A stretch of DNA of 63,000 nucleotides, counting the filler, from Basidiobolus meristosporus CBS 931.73 (Eukaryota > Fungi > Basidiobolomycota): NCBI GenBank assembly GCA_002104905.1. It is 3 parts of 3 records of this genome, joined end to end, with 100 filler letters (N's around TTAATTAATTAA, not from the genome) between each part and the next. Parts side by side here need not be neighbours in the genome. Positions count along the whole stretch, not along the records: positions 1 to 29,560 come from MCFE01000867.1; 2 more parts are not named here. The stretch is one strand, 5' to 3'. Shown here in pieces: positions 1 through 11,068 of the stretch (positions are counted from its first letter, which is position 1; every line of letters begins with the position of its first letter). A model generated the notes under the pieces. The model did not search any database. It was not told the origin of the DNA and was given only the letters and a program-made list of their open reading frames with translations. The position numbers were made by a program, and so were the translations under genes.

Positions 1-381
1 ACGATCCACTGCAGGTTGAATGCCACCGAGACTGACAAGAACAGATACAAATCTACCGAGAAAATAATAAGCCAAGCGCTGATGGTGCATACATCTTCAG
101 GAGCTTTGGCCAGTTACGGCAGCGAGAACGCAGAGCAGAATTAGTAATCCTCTCAACCGCAGTATTGTTAGATACCACTCACTATCATCCGTCATATACG
201 TATAAGCCAGGACAATTGCCGAGCGGAATGCATCGATCAAGGATATCAGCGCATTCAGCCGCAGACTGACTCTGTCCATAGAAGGGCGGTCGTACATCCA
301 CAAAACAGATGTGATCATGACGACAAGTAAGCCACCCACAATGGAGAGCACATTGAAGGTTGCTAGATAGTTTTGGCACAA
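1..381 (-). CDS. 7TM GPCR-like membrane protein, 3' part runs off the window; exon 381-183, GT-AG intron 182-104, exon 103-<1
   Basis: TM1 (LSIVGGLLVVMITSVLW) is followed by DRVSLRL. Removing the 79-nt GTGAGT...AAG intron continues in frame into TPEDVCTISAWLIIFSVDLYLFLSVSVAFNLQWI, a TM3-like segment with the extracellular Cys. The pattern resembles cAMP-receptor-like/Git3-like GPCRs of early-diverging fungi. Confidence 0.72.
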
Positions 382-2124
382 TGTAAGCTTGGCACTGTGG
401 ATGAGTATGTGGGGTTCGGTACTTACTATTCACGATGATATTTATTTGGCTGAAAGTAGTGTCAGCAATACTCATAGTCGGCAGGTCTACCGCTTGTTGT
501 AGAGTCCCCCAGCTTTGCGAGATCATTACCAATGGAGTCGTCGATACCAAAGTCGTGTTCACAAGCAAGTACAAGCGTAACTAAGAGCAATCGATTGTAA
601 AGGGAAAAGTCGGATACGGTCCAACAAGAATGGCGTTCCAGTAAGAGCGGAGGGCCAAAATAAATGGGCATCTGTCAAGATCAGCTGTGCGTCCTGATAG
701 GCGTGCGGAAAGATCTGGTTAAAAGAATTATCCAAGTTGGCCGAGGACAACATGCTGAAACTACTCTTGAACTCGGCTAGCAAACGCACCTAACCTGCTC
801 AGAATTGTGGAACATGATAAACAAAGTTTTCACGAGGTGAGACCAGAGATCGATTCAGTAATCCGGGGATAGCGATCCCCCAATGTTACTGACATTGCCC
901 ATTCAAATTTCGATTAAACCGAGGCATCTGTTTGCAGAACCGATATGAGCGCAGTGGGCGCTTGCGATTTGCCAGGCTCCGATCATGGCCCCCAACGACG
1001 TTCGGCATTTGCCCTGAATGAAACACTGGAAATGCTCGGCAAATGACTTGTTTCAAAGCACTAGCTCGCAGTTCCCTGGTCTGCAGTGAGCGAAACGTAG
1101 TCATACGTACCACAATAACCAACACGGCTGCTTGCGCTAAACCTAGACATCTGTTCTACTAACCAATCAACAACGATCCACGCTTTCGGGCTTAACACAC
1201 TAATCATCCAGTGCACTCGACGAAGTAGATAGTGTTCTATGTAGGCTACAGTACTGCGAATCTCCGCTCAGCGAGGCAATCTCCAATCAGGTACATCATT
1301 CACCTGGCAGCTCTCTACCTCTAACGACAGCATGTCTGATATTCTGCCAGCATGATCGCTCATTGAAGGAATCAATTTCACCATTCCTGCACTTCTCATC
1401 ATGACTTCATTGGCGGCCATCACTAGACCGCATGGATCGTCGCCAGCGTATCACTAGACTCTTTACTCAAGATGCCTATTGAGCAGCTCGTCATGTAGAT
1501 TCCACTCTTGCAAGATGCCAATATAGTGTAGTACTTTCATGGGGGGTCGGTGGTGTCCACAACTAGAGTGGCCATTACTTGGCTCTAGTGTATGTTCTTA
1601 TCTTACAGTACGATATCTATGCTAATTCATATGACAACCTGACCACAATTTGATGTAAACAATTCGCTCAGTTCAATCCGTGTGACTATATCATCCAATG
1701 ATAAAAGGTATGCTGTAAGACATCCATATAGGATTTTCCGCTGAATAGATGCTAGATATCCTCCTATGGCTAGAGCCTTATCTGCTGACAGGGAATTACC
1801 AAGCCGTGTCAGGGCATTTGCTGTATCAAGAGAGATATTATGTGCATTGCAGACTCTGATAATGTGTGGGATCGGGACTAGGGTCGCTAAGTCATCTGCC
1901 CAAATCCTCTCTGCATTGGATACCATAGCCTATTTATGGTGGAGACGCATGGCTTCATGCAACGCATACTCAGATACGATATTTACTGATATCTTGGACA
2001 ATGAGATCTGATTTTAGCTGCTATAAAGGTCTATAAACAATGGTGAAGAGTGAGAGCACTCCGTATGCTGGGAAAAACAGCGAGGACTAAATAATATTAA
2101 TGACCGATTCCTAGAAATATAAGA

Positions 2125-4222
2125 CTAGTGTTTGGAGGTTTGCGAGGCATTTTTGCTCCAGAGAGCTCCAGAGCGCTGTGTGGGAGAAGGAGAATTTACA
2201 ATGTCACCAAACAGGGTAGCCACCGCTTGCTTTCTGGCAACTTTCTGCATAGCGGTCCCCGCGGAGCGAGGCGTTGAAGTAATTGGTGAAGGCGAAGGTG
2301 AGGATCTATATCGACTCTGGGATCTCATGGATGTCCGCACAAGTTTTGATCGGACGCGAGGCGTCTGTAATTCAGATGCGGAATTTTCATAGCAGGCTGA
2401 ACTAGGGCGAGGAGAAAGCTCTTCCATACTAGGTGCTTGGAGAGGGGTGCGAATAGAATCCCCTGAATCATTTGATGATACAGAGCTATGGCAATCGTCT
2501 GCATTGCTGGTACGCGAAACACTACGGGTTGGACAATGCGAGAATCTGGACACCGGATGTGATGCTGCTGATGTACGAGAAGGAGATAAATGATGTCCGC
2601 CATAGCTAGATGTGCTGCTTGTAGGTCCGGAATAGCTTGCGCTTCGGTCTTTGACATATGTGCCACTGCCGAAGCCAAATAGAGTCAGATTCACCGGGCG
2701 CTCGGCGATTTCCCTATCCAGTACATCCATGTAGCGTTGGTTGTTGTGAATAAAAGGCTTGTTTTCTTGCAACTCGTAGTTTAATATGGCATTGATAAGC
2801 TGCTCCTCAAACTTCAGCAGATTCGGATATGCTTTTTTCCTCCATTTCTCTTCTTGGTTCAGCTGGAAAGAGCTTCGAAATAGACGGCGAGGGTCAGAAG
2901 CAGTCTTCTCAAATTCAATCATCTTGTGAATTAACTGCCGGCGCTCTTGCATTGCAGAGAATATAAGGTGGCATTGGCTGTATAGCTCCTCGAGGCGAAT
3001 GAGCTCTTCACGGATAATATCCGCTCTCTCTACTTTGTTGATGCCCTCCATTATTCGTAGCATGGTAAACCGTTGCTCTTCGCGGCTGATCTCGCATTTC
3101 TCCCAATACTCAGCAAGCTTCTGCTTATAATCGTCAAAAAGCTGGTCCAGATTTATCAGGAGAATCTCTCTCAAGTGCTCGTGCTCCGCTTCCATTTGCG
3201 CCAACGTAGTGTCCTCATAGTCGAGTTGGAATTTCTTTTGCCTCGAGTTGGGGATATCCAGCTCTATGTACAGTCGGTTGATTTTCTTCAGGAGAGTGGC
3301 ATATCGTTGTTTCCGTTCCTCCATAATCCTGGTGTAGCGGCATTGCTTTTGCTTCATCAGCTCGACGCACTCCTTAGATAATTCAAGTGGCGGCTGATTT
3401 GGGGTATACCAGGCCGACTTCTTTGGATGCGGCTTCTGCGAATCTGCAAAATGCTTCTCCTCCTCCAGTGTAAATTGGCGCACAAGGGATTTCTCGATCT
3501 CGTCAGTAGGGGCGAACTTGATATTTTGCCAAGCCTCATACAAGTCGGTGGCTGCTTGATCAAATTCCTGAACCCTGGTCTCTTTGAGTATTGTGATTTT
3601 CGTAGCTGCATACGTTAGGAAGTCGACGGTACTGCGGCTAAAGTCATCGGGCTTCTGGGTAAACCAGCAAAATTAGGCCTCAAGTTCCGGCACAACTGGC
3701 GCAAATACTTAGGCTTACCGGCTTTGGGAGATCCTGCGTTTCGTGCAGCTCTCTGGATAACGCATGCAATGTGTCCATAGCTGCCTCGTGGAGTTGCTTT
3801 TGCCGGGAAAGTTCGGCGTCAAGTGAATTGTTCAGGCTTTTGAGCTCGAGGTAAGTAGTGTAGAGCGATCTTGTGCTGACGGGGGTATACTTGGGTAGGT
3901 ACAAGTCAGCGTTGCGACCTAAGAGTTGGCATTTCTCCTCGATGGACATCTAGAATAGGAAGATAAGAAAATGGGCTAAACTCCAATCAAGTGGTGATTT
4001 CCGATCTACCTCCAAATCCTCAGTCTCTGCCTTTAGCATGGCACACCGCTTAGCTTCGCTGGCGGCAAGTCTATCAAGCTCATGTAAAGCCGGTTGGAGC
4101 TTTCTCTCCACCCAGCTGGGGATAGTACATTTCTTATCTGCACATTTTATCTCTGACTCAAAGTAGCCAAGTTCATTCCAAAGGCTGTAAAGCTGTTGAA
4201 CTCGGTATCGAACTATTTCCAT
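2125..4222 (-). CDS. ASE1: Spindle midzone microtubule-bundling protein, MAP65/Ase1/PRC1 family (about 657 aa); exons 4222-4010, 3949-3719, 3654-2125
   Basis: Two GT-AG introns join three ORF pieces in frame. Conserved motif EFEKTASDPRRLFRSSFQLNQEEKWRKKAYPNLLKFEEQL, coiled-coil rod and Ser/Pro-rich disordered tail with SP/TP sites. Confidence 0.92.
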
Positions 4223-5494
4223 ATTTCAATGAAGGCGCTCTACTGTGGATATTGGCAAAAGGATCTTCTCAGGGGCAATAGTTGAATAATTAGCAATGTC
4301 AGTGGAATCGCAGACGTGAAGGAGGCTGTGACACGCTGTCTAGCGAGTAGGAGGATGGGCCCAGGGTGATGGTAACGGGTTGAGGTAATGTAGTTGTAAG
4401 AATCAACTTAGAAATATAGCATTGAAGGCAACACGTAAGTGAAGGCACATTTATATCAGCGACGAGACATGAAAACATCCTATACAATCCCGGCAACGGC
4501 TAATGAGTTTGATAATTTCCGATCTCTATTGGCTATGGTTTAGGGCAATACATTTTCCTAGAGAAAGGGAGCTTATCTCGACATGAATGACTACATGTGA
4601 GCACTATGAGGTTCATTTTCTAATAATAAGTGACACTCTATTTTCCATTTATGTGGGTGGTTGATTCATTCAAGGCGGTTCATCATTTACATTAGATGAC
4701 AATGAAGTATTGATTTGTTTGAGAATCCTCAATCACGGCAATTCGTCGTGGCTCACCTGTCAACGGCATCACACCGATTCGAATACAATGTAGAACCAAC
4801 GCTAAAGGGCTGGACATAACAGATTTCATGGGAGTTTAACTGATCGATTATGCAGGTGTACCCAATGAGCACCACGGCATCAGAGGATTTTCATCAACTT
4901 GACTAAGACAAAAATGGAACGGATATATTGATGCGCGCAGCTCCACCTGAGTCCTAGACGATACATGAGATTAACTCGGCTGCATCCAAACCGTCTGAAC
5001 CGTTTGGCAGCTTTTCGTAGGGCCTGGATCTCACGCTGATATAGCATTCGGTGCTCTATTTAGCTCCTAACTTTACGCCCTTTCCGGAAGATCCTGGATC
5101 TCCTGATCCCCTAGTAGTGGAGGAAGGCCATGCCAATCTATACAAGCTCTACAATGATAGCAAGCGTTTGATTCAACAATATTAGAACTATCCCATAGAC
5201 TAGCGCCGCTTACCTAATCCGACCGGGATTTTGTCCCGCTTGCCTAATCCTTTGCAACTGGTTGCTGGGCCGATTTTTTGGTCTCAAAATGCTTGCATTC
5301 CCCAGCTGGTGGGTCGGTACCTCGATAGAATAACGCTTGCTAGCGGTATTGGATTCTCGCAATGAACAATCGTTTCCGAGCAACTACCTGATACAAAGAT
5401 GCTCTTTTGGATAGCTTGCGAAATAATCAAAATTTATTGTTCTATAACGAAGTCAACAAGGACGAGCATTCTAGACAGTTTCTTGCGACTAGGT

Positions 5495-8400
5495 CTATCT
5501 ATATTCTACCTGCATTTCCTCTTCCCCCTCCACATCCCCATTCTCTTTGTCCTCCTCATCCTTTTCCATGCCAGCTTCCTTCGATTCAGAGTCCCCATCC
5601 TTCTTCACTCCATTGCCCTTGTTCATGTTCTTGCCGTAACCCATACCCTTGTTGTATTTGACATTGTCCTTTTGGATGGTTTGACCGTACTTGCCCTTAT
5701 CCTTGCTGATGCTCTGACCATGTTGATCATCACTCTTATTTTCATTAATGCTGTGTCCTTGCTTAATTTTGTCCTTGCCGATACTCTGGCCATTCTTGCC
5801 CTTCTTAAGGGTTTTGTCGCTCTTGCCGTATTTGCCCTTGCCAATGCTTTTGTCGGATTTGCCCTTGCTTAGGGTCTTGTTGCTCTTGCCCTTGTTAACG
5901 TTCAGGGTTTTATCGCTCTTGCCCTTGCCAATGCTTTTGCCGTACTTGCCCTTGCTCAGGGTTTTGTCGCTCTTGCTCAGGGTCTTGCCCTTGCCAATGT
6001 TCTTGCCGGATTTGCCCTTGCTCAGGGTCTTGTTGCTCTTGCTCTTGCCCTTGCTAATGCTCTTGTCGGATTTGCCCTTGCTCAGGGTCTTGTTGCTCTT
6101 GCTCTTGCCCTTGCTAATGTTCTTGCCGTATTTACCCTTGTTCAGAGTTTTGTCGCTCTTGCTCTTGCCCTTGCTAATGCTCTTGTCGGATTTGCCCTTG
6201 CTCAGGGTCTTGTTGCTCTTGCTCTTGCCCTTGCTAATGTTCTTGCCGTATTTACCCTTGTTCAGAGTTTTGTCGCTCTTGCTCTTGCCCTTGCTAATGC
6301 TCTTGTCGGATTTGCCCTTGCTCAGGGTCTTGTTGCTCTTGCTCTTGCCCTTGCTCTTGCCAATGCTTTTGCCGCTCTTGCTCTTGCCAATGCTCTTGTT
6401 CAAGGTCTTGCCCTTGTTCAGAGTTGTGTTGCTCTTGCCCTTGTTAATGTTCTTTCCGGATTTGCCCTTGCTCAGGGTTTTGTCACTTTTGCTCTTGCCC
6501 TTGCCAATGCTCTTGCCGGATTTGCCCTTGCTCAGGGTTTTGTCACTTTTGCTCTTGCCCTTGCCCTTGCCAATGCTCTTGTCGGATTTGCCCTTGCTCA
6601 GGGTCTTGTTGCTCTTGCTCTTGCCCTCGCCAATGCTTTTGCCGTACTTGCCTTTGTTCAGAGTTTTGCCGCTCTTGCTCTTGCCAATGCTCTTGTTCAG
6701 GGTTGTGTTGCTCTTGCTTTTGTTAACGTTCTTGCCGGATTTGCCCTTGCTCAGGGTTTTGTCACTCTTGCTCTTGCCCTTGCCAATGCTTTTGCCGTAC
6801 TTGCCTTTGTTCAGAGTTTTGCCGCTCTTGCTCTTGCCAATGCTCTTGTTCAAGGTCTTGCCCTTGTTCAGGGTTGTGTTGCTCTTGCCTTTGTTAACGT
6901 TCTTGCCGGATTTGCCCTTGCTCAGGGTTTTGTCACTCTTGCTCTTGCCCTTGCCAATGCTTTTGCCGTACTTGCCCTTGTTCAGAGTTGTGTTGCTCTT
7001 GCCCTTGTTAATGTCCTTGCCAGATTTGCCCTTGCTCAGGGTTTTGTCATTCTTGCTCTTGCTCTTGTTCATGGTCTTGCCCTTGCCAATGCTTTTGCCG
7101 TACTTGCCCTTGCTCAGGGTTTTGTCGCTCTTACTCTTGCTCTTGCTCAGGGTCTTGCCCTTGCCAATGCTTTTGCCGGATTTGCCCTTGCTCAGGGTTT
7201 TGTCGCTCTTACTCTTGCTCTTGCTCAGGGTCTTGCCCTTGCTCAGGGTTTTGTCACTCTTGCTCTTGCCCTTGCCAATGTTCTTGCCGGATTTGCCCTT
7301 GCTCAGGGTTTTGTCGCTCTTACTCTTGTTCTTGCTCAGGGTTTTGTCGCTCTTGCCCTTGCCCTTGCCAATGTTCTTGCCGGATTTGCCCTTGCTCAGG
7401 GTTTTGTCGCTCTTGCTCTTGTTCAGGGTCTTGCCCTTGTTCAGGGTTTTGTCGCTCTTGCTCTTGTTCAGGGTCTTGCCCTTGTTCAGGGTTTTGTCGC
7501 TCTTGCTCTTGCTCAGGGTCTTGTTGCTCTTGCTCTTGCCCTTGCCAATGCTTTTGCCGTACTTGCCCTTGCTCAGGGTCTTGCCCTTGTTCAGGGTTTT
7601 GTTACTTTTGCCCTTACTCAGGGTATTATCGCTCTTGCTCTTGCTCTTGCTCTTGCTCTTGCCAATGTTCTTGGCGGATTTGCCCTTGTTCAGGGTTTTG
7701 TCGCTCTTACTCTTGCTCTTGCTGGATTTGTCCTTGCTCAGGGTTTTGTTGCTCTTGCCCTTGCTCAGGTTCTTGTTGCTCTTACTCTTGCCAACGCTTT
7801 TGTTCAAGGTCTTGCCCTTCTTCAGGGTTTTGATGCTCTTTCCCTTGCCCTTGCTAGTACTCTTACCGTATTTGCCTTTGTTCAGGGTTTTGTTGCTCTT
7901 GCCCTTGCCATTGCTTTTGCCGTACTTGCCTTTGTTCAGAGGTTTATCGCTCTTGTCCTTGCTCAGGGTTTTGTTGCCCTTGCTCTTGCTCAGGGTTTTG
8001 TTGCCCTTGCTCTTGCTCAGGGTTTTGTTGCCCTTGCTCTTGCTCAGGGTTTTGTTGCCCTTGCTCTTGCTCAGGGTTTTGTTGCCCTTGTCCTTGCTCA
8101 GGGTTTTGTTGCCCTTGCTCTTGCTCAGGGTTTTGTTGCCCTTGCCCTTGCTCAGGGTTTTGTTGCCCTTGCCCTTGCCCAGGGTTTTGTTCAGGGTTTT
8201 ATCGCTCTTGCTCTTGCCAACGCTTTTGCCGTATTTACCCTTGTTCAGGGCCTTGTTACTCTTGCCTTTGTTCAGAGTTTTATCGCTCTTGCCCTTGCCC
8301 TTGCCAATGCTTTTACCGTATTTGCCCTTGTTCAGGGTTTTGTCGCTCTTGCCATATTTGCCCTTGTTCAGGGTTTTATCGCTCTTGCCGTACTTGCCCT

Positions 8401-9292
8401 TTTTCAGGGTCTCGTTGCTCTTGCCCTTGCTCTTATTATTGCTCGTGTTAATGCTCTTGTTAATACTCTTGTTGATACTCTTGTTAATGCTCTTGTTAAT
8501 GCTCTTGTTAATGCTCTTGTTAATGCTCTTGCCGGACTTGCCCTTTTTCAGGGCCTTGTTACTCTTGCGCTTGCCCTTGTTAATGCGCTTGCCGTACTTG
8601 CCCTTGCTCAGGGTTTTGTCGCTCTTGCCTTTGCTTTTGCTAATGCTCTTGCCGTACTTGCCCTTTTTCGGGGTCTTGTTACTCTTGCCCTCGCCTTTTT
8701 TCGCGGCTTTTTCATGCTTGCTGTTGTTGTGCTTTCCGCTCTCTCCGTACCTCATTGTATCGTGTTTGGGTTTTACAACGCCACCTCGTAGCACTGGGTC
8801 ATCTCCGCTAAAGTCCGTATTTTGGTAGAGTCTATAGATGCGGCTAGCGCGCTTGACCCCATGAATGAGATTATCAATCCCTCCGAGCTGCTTCACAAAC
8901 CAATCTGTTTTCTTGAACTTTTTACTCGAGCTGATGATGTTGTAAGCAGTAGCATAATCTGGGCCTTCAGTTTTGATCAATGCATCGGCTGCATCACTCA
9001 AATTCACACCTAGCTTCTTCCCATATTTGTTCATGTAGTTGTGAAAGAGTCTATTGGCGATCGTGCCTTTGATTCCACCACCTGCCAACTTCTTGATCAG
9101 ATTGGATTTTCCACCAAACCCAAGAAATTCATCCTTCATGGCAGGATCGAGTTCAAGCTCATTCAGGGCAGGATCCACATCCATCACTTCATTCTCCTTC
9201 AACTCCATATGCCGTGGCATGGCAGTCACTGAGGGAGCTGCTATCACCAAGCCTGCCAGAAAGGCAATGATCTCTGAACTAGATACTTTCAT
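5495..9292 (-). CDS. Secreted lysine-rich low-complexity repeat protein, 1265 aa, single exon
   Basis: 3.8-kb uninterrupted ORF with N-terminal signal peptide (MKVSSSEIIAFLAGLVIAAPSVTA), a non-repetitive N-domain, about 1000 aa of K/S/G/N/T repeats and an acidic C-tail. TATAAATA lies about 70 nt upstream of the ATG. Confidence 0.85.
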   Translation of the reverse strand: MKVSSSEIIAFLAGLVIAAPSVTAMPRHMELKENEVMDVDPALNELELDPAMKDEFLGFGGKSNLIKKLAGGGIKGTIANRLFHNYMNKYGKKLGVNLSDAADALIKTEGPDYATAYNIISSSKKFKKTDWFVKQLGGIDNLIHGVKRASRIYRLYQNTDFSGDDPVLRGGVVKPKHDTMRYGESGKHNNSKHEKAAKKGEGKSNKTPKKGKYGKSISKSKGKSDKTLSKGKYGKRINKGKRKSNKALKKGKSGKSINKSINKSINKSINKSINKSINKSINTSNNKSKGKSNETLKKGKYGKSDKTLNKGKYGKSDKTLNKGKYGKSIGKGKGKSDKTLNKGKSNKALNKGKYGKSVGKSKSDKTLNKTLGKGKGNKTLSKGKGNKTLSKSKGNKTLSKDKGNKTLSKSKGNKTLSKSKGNKTLSKSKGNKTLSKSKGNKTLSKDKSDKPLNKGKYGKSNGKGKSNKTLNKGKYGKSTSKGKGKSIKTLKKGKTLNKSVGKSKSNKNLSKGKSNKTLSKDKSSKSKSKSDKTLNKGKSAKNIGKSKSKSKSKSDNTLSKGKSNKTLNKGKTLSKGKYGKSIGKGKSKSNKTLSKSKSDKTLNKGKTLNKSKSDKTLNKGKTLNKSKSDKTLSKGKSGKNIGKGKGKSDKTLSKNKSKSDKTLSKGKSGKNIGKGKSKSDKTLSKGKTLSKSKSKSDKTLSKGKSGKSIGKGKTLSKSKSKSDKTLSKGKYGKSIGKGKTMNKSKSKNDKTLSKGKSGKDINKGKSNTTLNKGKYGKSIGKGKSKSDKTLSKGKSGKNVNKGKSNTTLNKGKTLNKSIGKSKSGKTLNKGKYGKSIGKGKSKSDKTLSKGKSGKNVNKSKSNTTLNKSIGKSKSGKTLNKGKYGKSIGEGKSKSNKTLSKGKSDKSIGKGKGKSKSDKTLSKGKSGKSIGKGKSKSDKTLSKGKSGKNINKGKSNTTLNKGKTLNKSIGKSKSGKSIGKSKGKSKSNKTLSKGKSDKSISKGKSKSDKTLNKGKYGKNISKGKSKSNKTLSKGKSDKSISKGKSKSDKTLNKGKYGKNISKGKSKSNKTLSKGKSDKSISKGKSKSNKTLSKGKSGKNIGKGKTLSKSDKTLSKGKYGKSIGKGKSDKTLNVNKGKSNKTLSKGKSDKSIGKGKYGKSDKTLKKGKNGQSIGKDKIKQGHSINENKSDDQHGQSISKDKGKYGQTIQKDNVKYNKGMGYGKNMNKGNGVKKDGDSESKEAGMEKDEEDKENGDVEGEEEMQVEYR
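5760..8710 (-). repeat. Coding tandem repeat array (12-, 27-, 60- and 120-bp periodicities)
   Basis: (KSIN)n near 8450-8530 and (KSKGNKTLS)n near 7960-8180. The 20-aa unit KSISKGKSKSDKTLNKGKYG recurs; the sequence lines at 6061/6181 and 6121/6241 are identical. Confidence 0.95.
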
Positions 9293-9361
9293 GTCCGGAT
9301 AGAAGGGAAGCAGACAGACAGTGCGTGGACTGGGTGATGAACTAGGAGAGAGGTGGAAGTG

Positions 9362-9369
9362 TATTTATA
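9362..9369 (-). promoter_or_regulatory. TATA box of the Lys-rich secreted protein gene
   Basis: TATAAATA on the minus strand, followed by a pyrimidine-rich leader to the ATG at 9292. Confidence 0.55.
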
Positions 9370-10352
9370 CAATCTGCTGCAGGCTTCGTCTCCACGTAGT
9401 ACTGGTAGCCTGAAATGCATAATGCACTCGCGCGGCTAAAACGATACTGCAAGCGATGGCCGATGCGCATGATGGCTGTAGTCAAGAGCGAAAGCTTGTG
9501 CTGCCTGAGCGAGTAGTATGAGGTCCAAACAAATCTTGCTAAGCGATGTTTGAACGTAGTAGAAGGCTTATTGGCTGCCATACCCGATGTTTCGGAATGA
9601 ATCGACTAAATGCCTTGATCGAGGTCCGATAGAAGGATGGTGTACTATGACCGCATTTGCTCCTCTTACGGGTTGGATCGACTATACTGACACTCCTTCC
9701 AACATATGGCGACCGCCCGATGATCTACAAAGTGCACGACCTCGAGCGTTTCAGATTAATTCCTGTCGATTGTATCTTTGTTTCAATGGCAATATGCTGG
9801 GCACAGCAGTTTCATTTACTTTAGATGCTATTACTTATTCTCCAATCACAGACTAATCCCACCCAGCACCCATCACTACTTGAGTTATCAAGCCCACGCG
9901 GCTAGGGTCTAAGCATCAATGGTTAAAAACACACTGGAGGCAACATTCCTTGCGAAACACAGTCACAGCGTGTCTACTGAGTATACGCTCGCATCTCTGA
10001 CCCAATCCATAACATCTTCACTGCAAACTGCATCTGAAGTGGTGATGACAAAGGAGCAACTTGCCAGCTAGTAACCCGAAATACAAACGCATCTCTTCTC
10101 GCTTACAGAGAAATAGATCGTGAGGATCAGGCTGGGCTGCTCTGCCCTGTCCATTCGCAAACCATGAGACTTGGACTGCTATCGCTATTAAGACCTGCTC
10201 AAGGATGACTCATCAATCGGGACGGACACGCACTCGGTGCCTACCTAGCTCAGCTCAGCCAGTGCGCTGGTTTCAAGTGCTTTACTGACAGTTGCCACAC
10301 AATTTGTTTCGAGATTGCCACGTCTATGTGGATCACTGAGCAATGACAGTGT

Positions 10353-10764
10353 CTAGTGAGGTGGGCTTTTGGATGCGTGTCGATTCCGCCCCGATATCCT
10401 CCGGCGTTGTGTCTGGTCCTTTGGATCTTCATCGGAAAAGCCTATACGGAATAAGCAGCAAGCTCTTTGATATCACGTTACATATCTGAAACCGATGGAT
10501 CATTCGGCATTTCCTAATTGCATGTGCATGATTGGCATTTTGCTCACTACTGGCCACACTGCGTCCTGGCTCACGATGCCCCTTCTCTTTCATCCACCGC
10601 CTAAAGCCTTTATCATGGGTTATGACGTCAGAGACCCACTTATGGAGGAGAACCTCTTTGTAAGGCTTGTACTCCCCTTCAACCTCGATGTCAACATCAG
10701 TGATGAGAGGCACATTATCATGGAAAATGGCCCCTAGAACTAGATTCTTGATTTTGCGTGACAC
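10353..10764 (-). CDS. Possible hypothetical protein (5' end unresolved), divergent from the SR gene
   Basis: Protein-like 111-codon ORF (LVLGAIFHDNVPLITDVDIEVEGEYKPYKEVLLHKW...) with a plausible 40-nt GTAACG...TATAG intron leading to a short terminal exon. No ATG start and no recognised domain. Confidence 0.3.
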
Positions 10765-11068
10765 ACGCGTTACTCAGCACAGCAAGCCTTCTCCAGTTTA
10801 TGTGGAGATAGACATCAATAGTGACAACAAACAAAAGGAGCAGTCTAGTAGCCACCCTGGATCCTGCTATCTCAGCTCAACTGGACATTTGTTATTATTA
10901 ACCTCCAGGGAAACAAAGCAGGCATAACTGAAACGGTTTTGGAATTTTTCAACTCGGCTCTAGCGATCCAAGCATTTCATCGAGGCGAAACACTAATGCC
11001 ATACAATAGACACATCGGAAACTGCACTCTTGGTCCTTCATCCCTTCTCTTTGGATTAGTCCCCTTCA

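Noticed and set aside
232-240. ATATCCTTG on the minus strand, resembling a U12 donor
   Set aside because: It lies within the continuous GPCR coding exon, with no matching branch site or AC needed.
462-1926. Series of 70-100-codon minus-strand ORFs between the GPCR and ASE1 genes
   Set aside because: I could not join them with credible splice sites or recognise a domain. They may be a decayed or unusual gene, but this is unsupported.
4740-5330. Protein-looking + strand frame with scattered stops
   Set aside because: No recognisable motif; stop density is not clearly below chance.
5748-8828. 1026-aa Leu-rich ORF on the + strand
   Set aside because: Antisense shadow of the Lys-rich gene (AAG reads as CTT). 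It has no credible start or composition, and the minus-strand frame has the signal peptide and TATA box.
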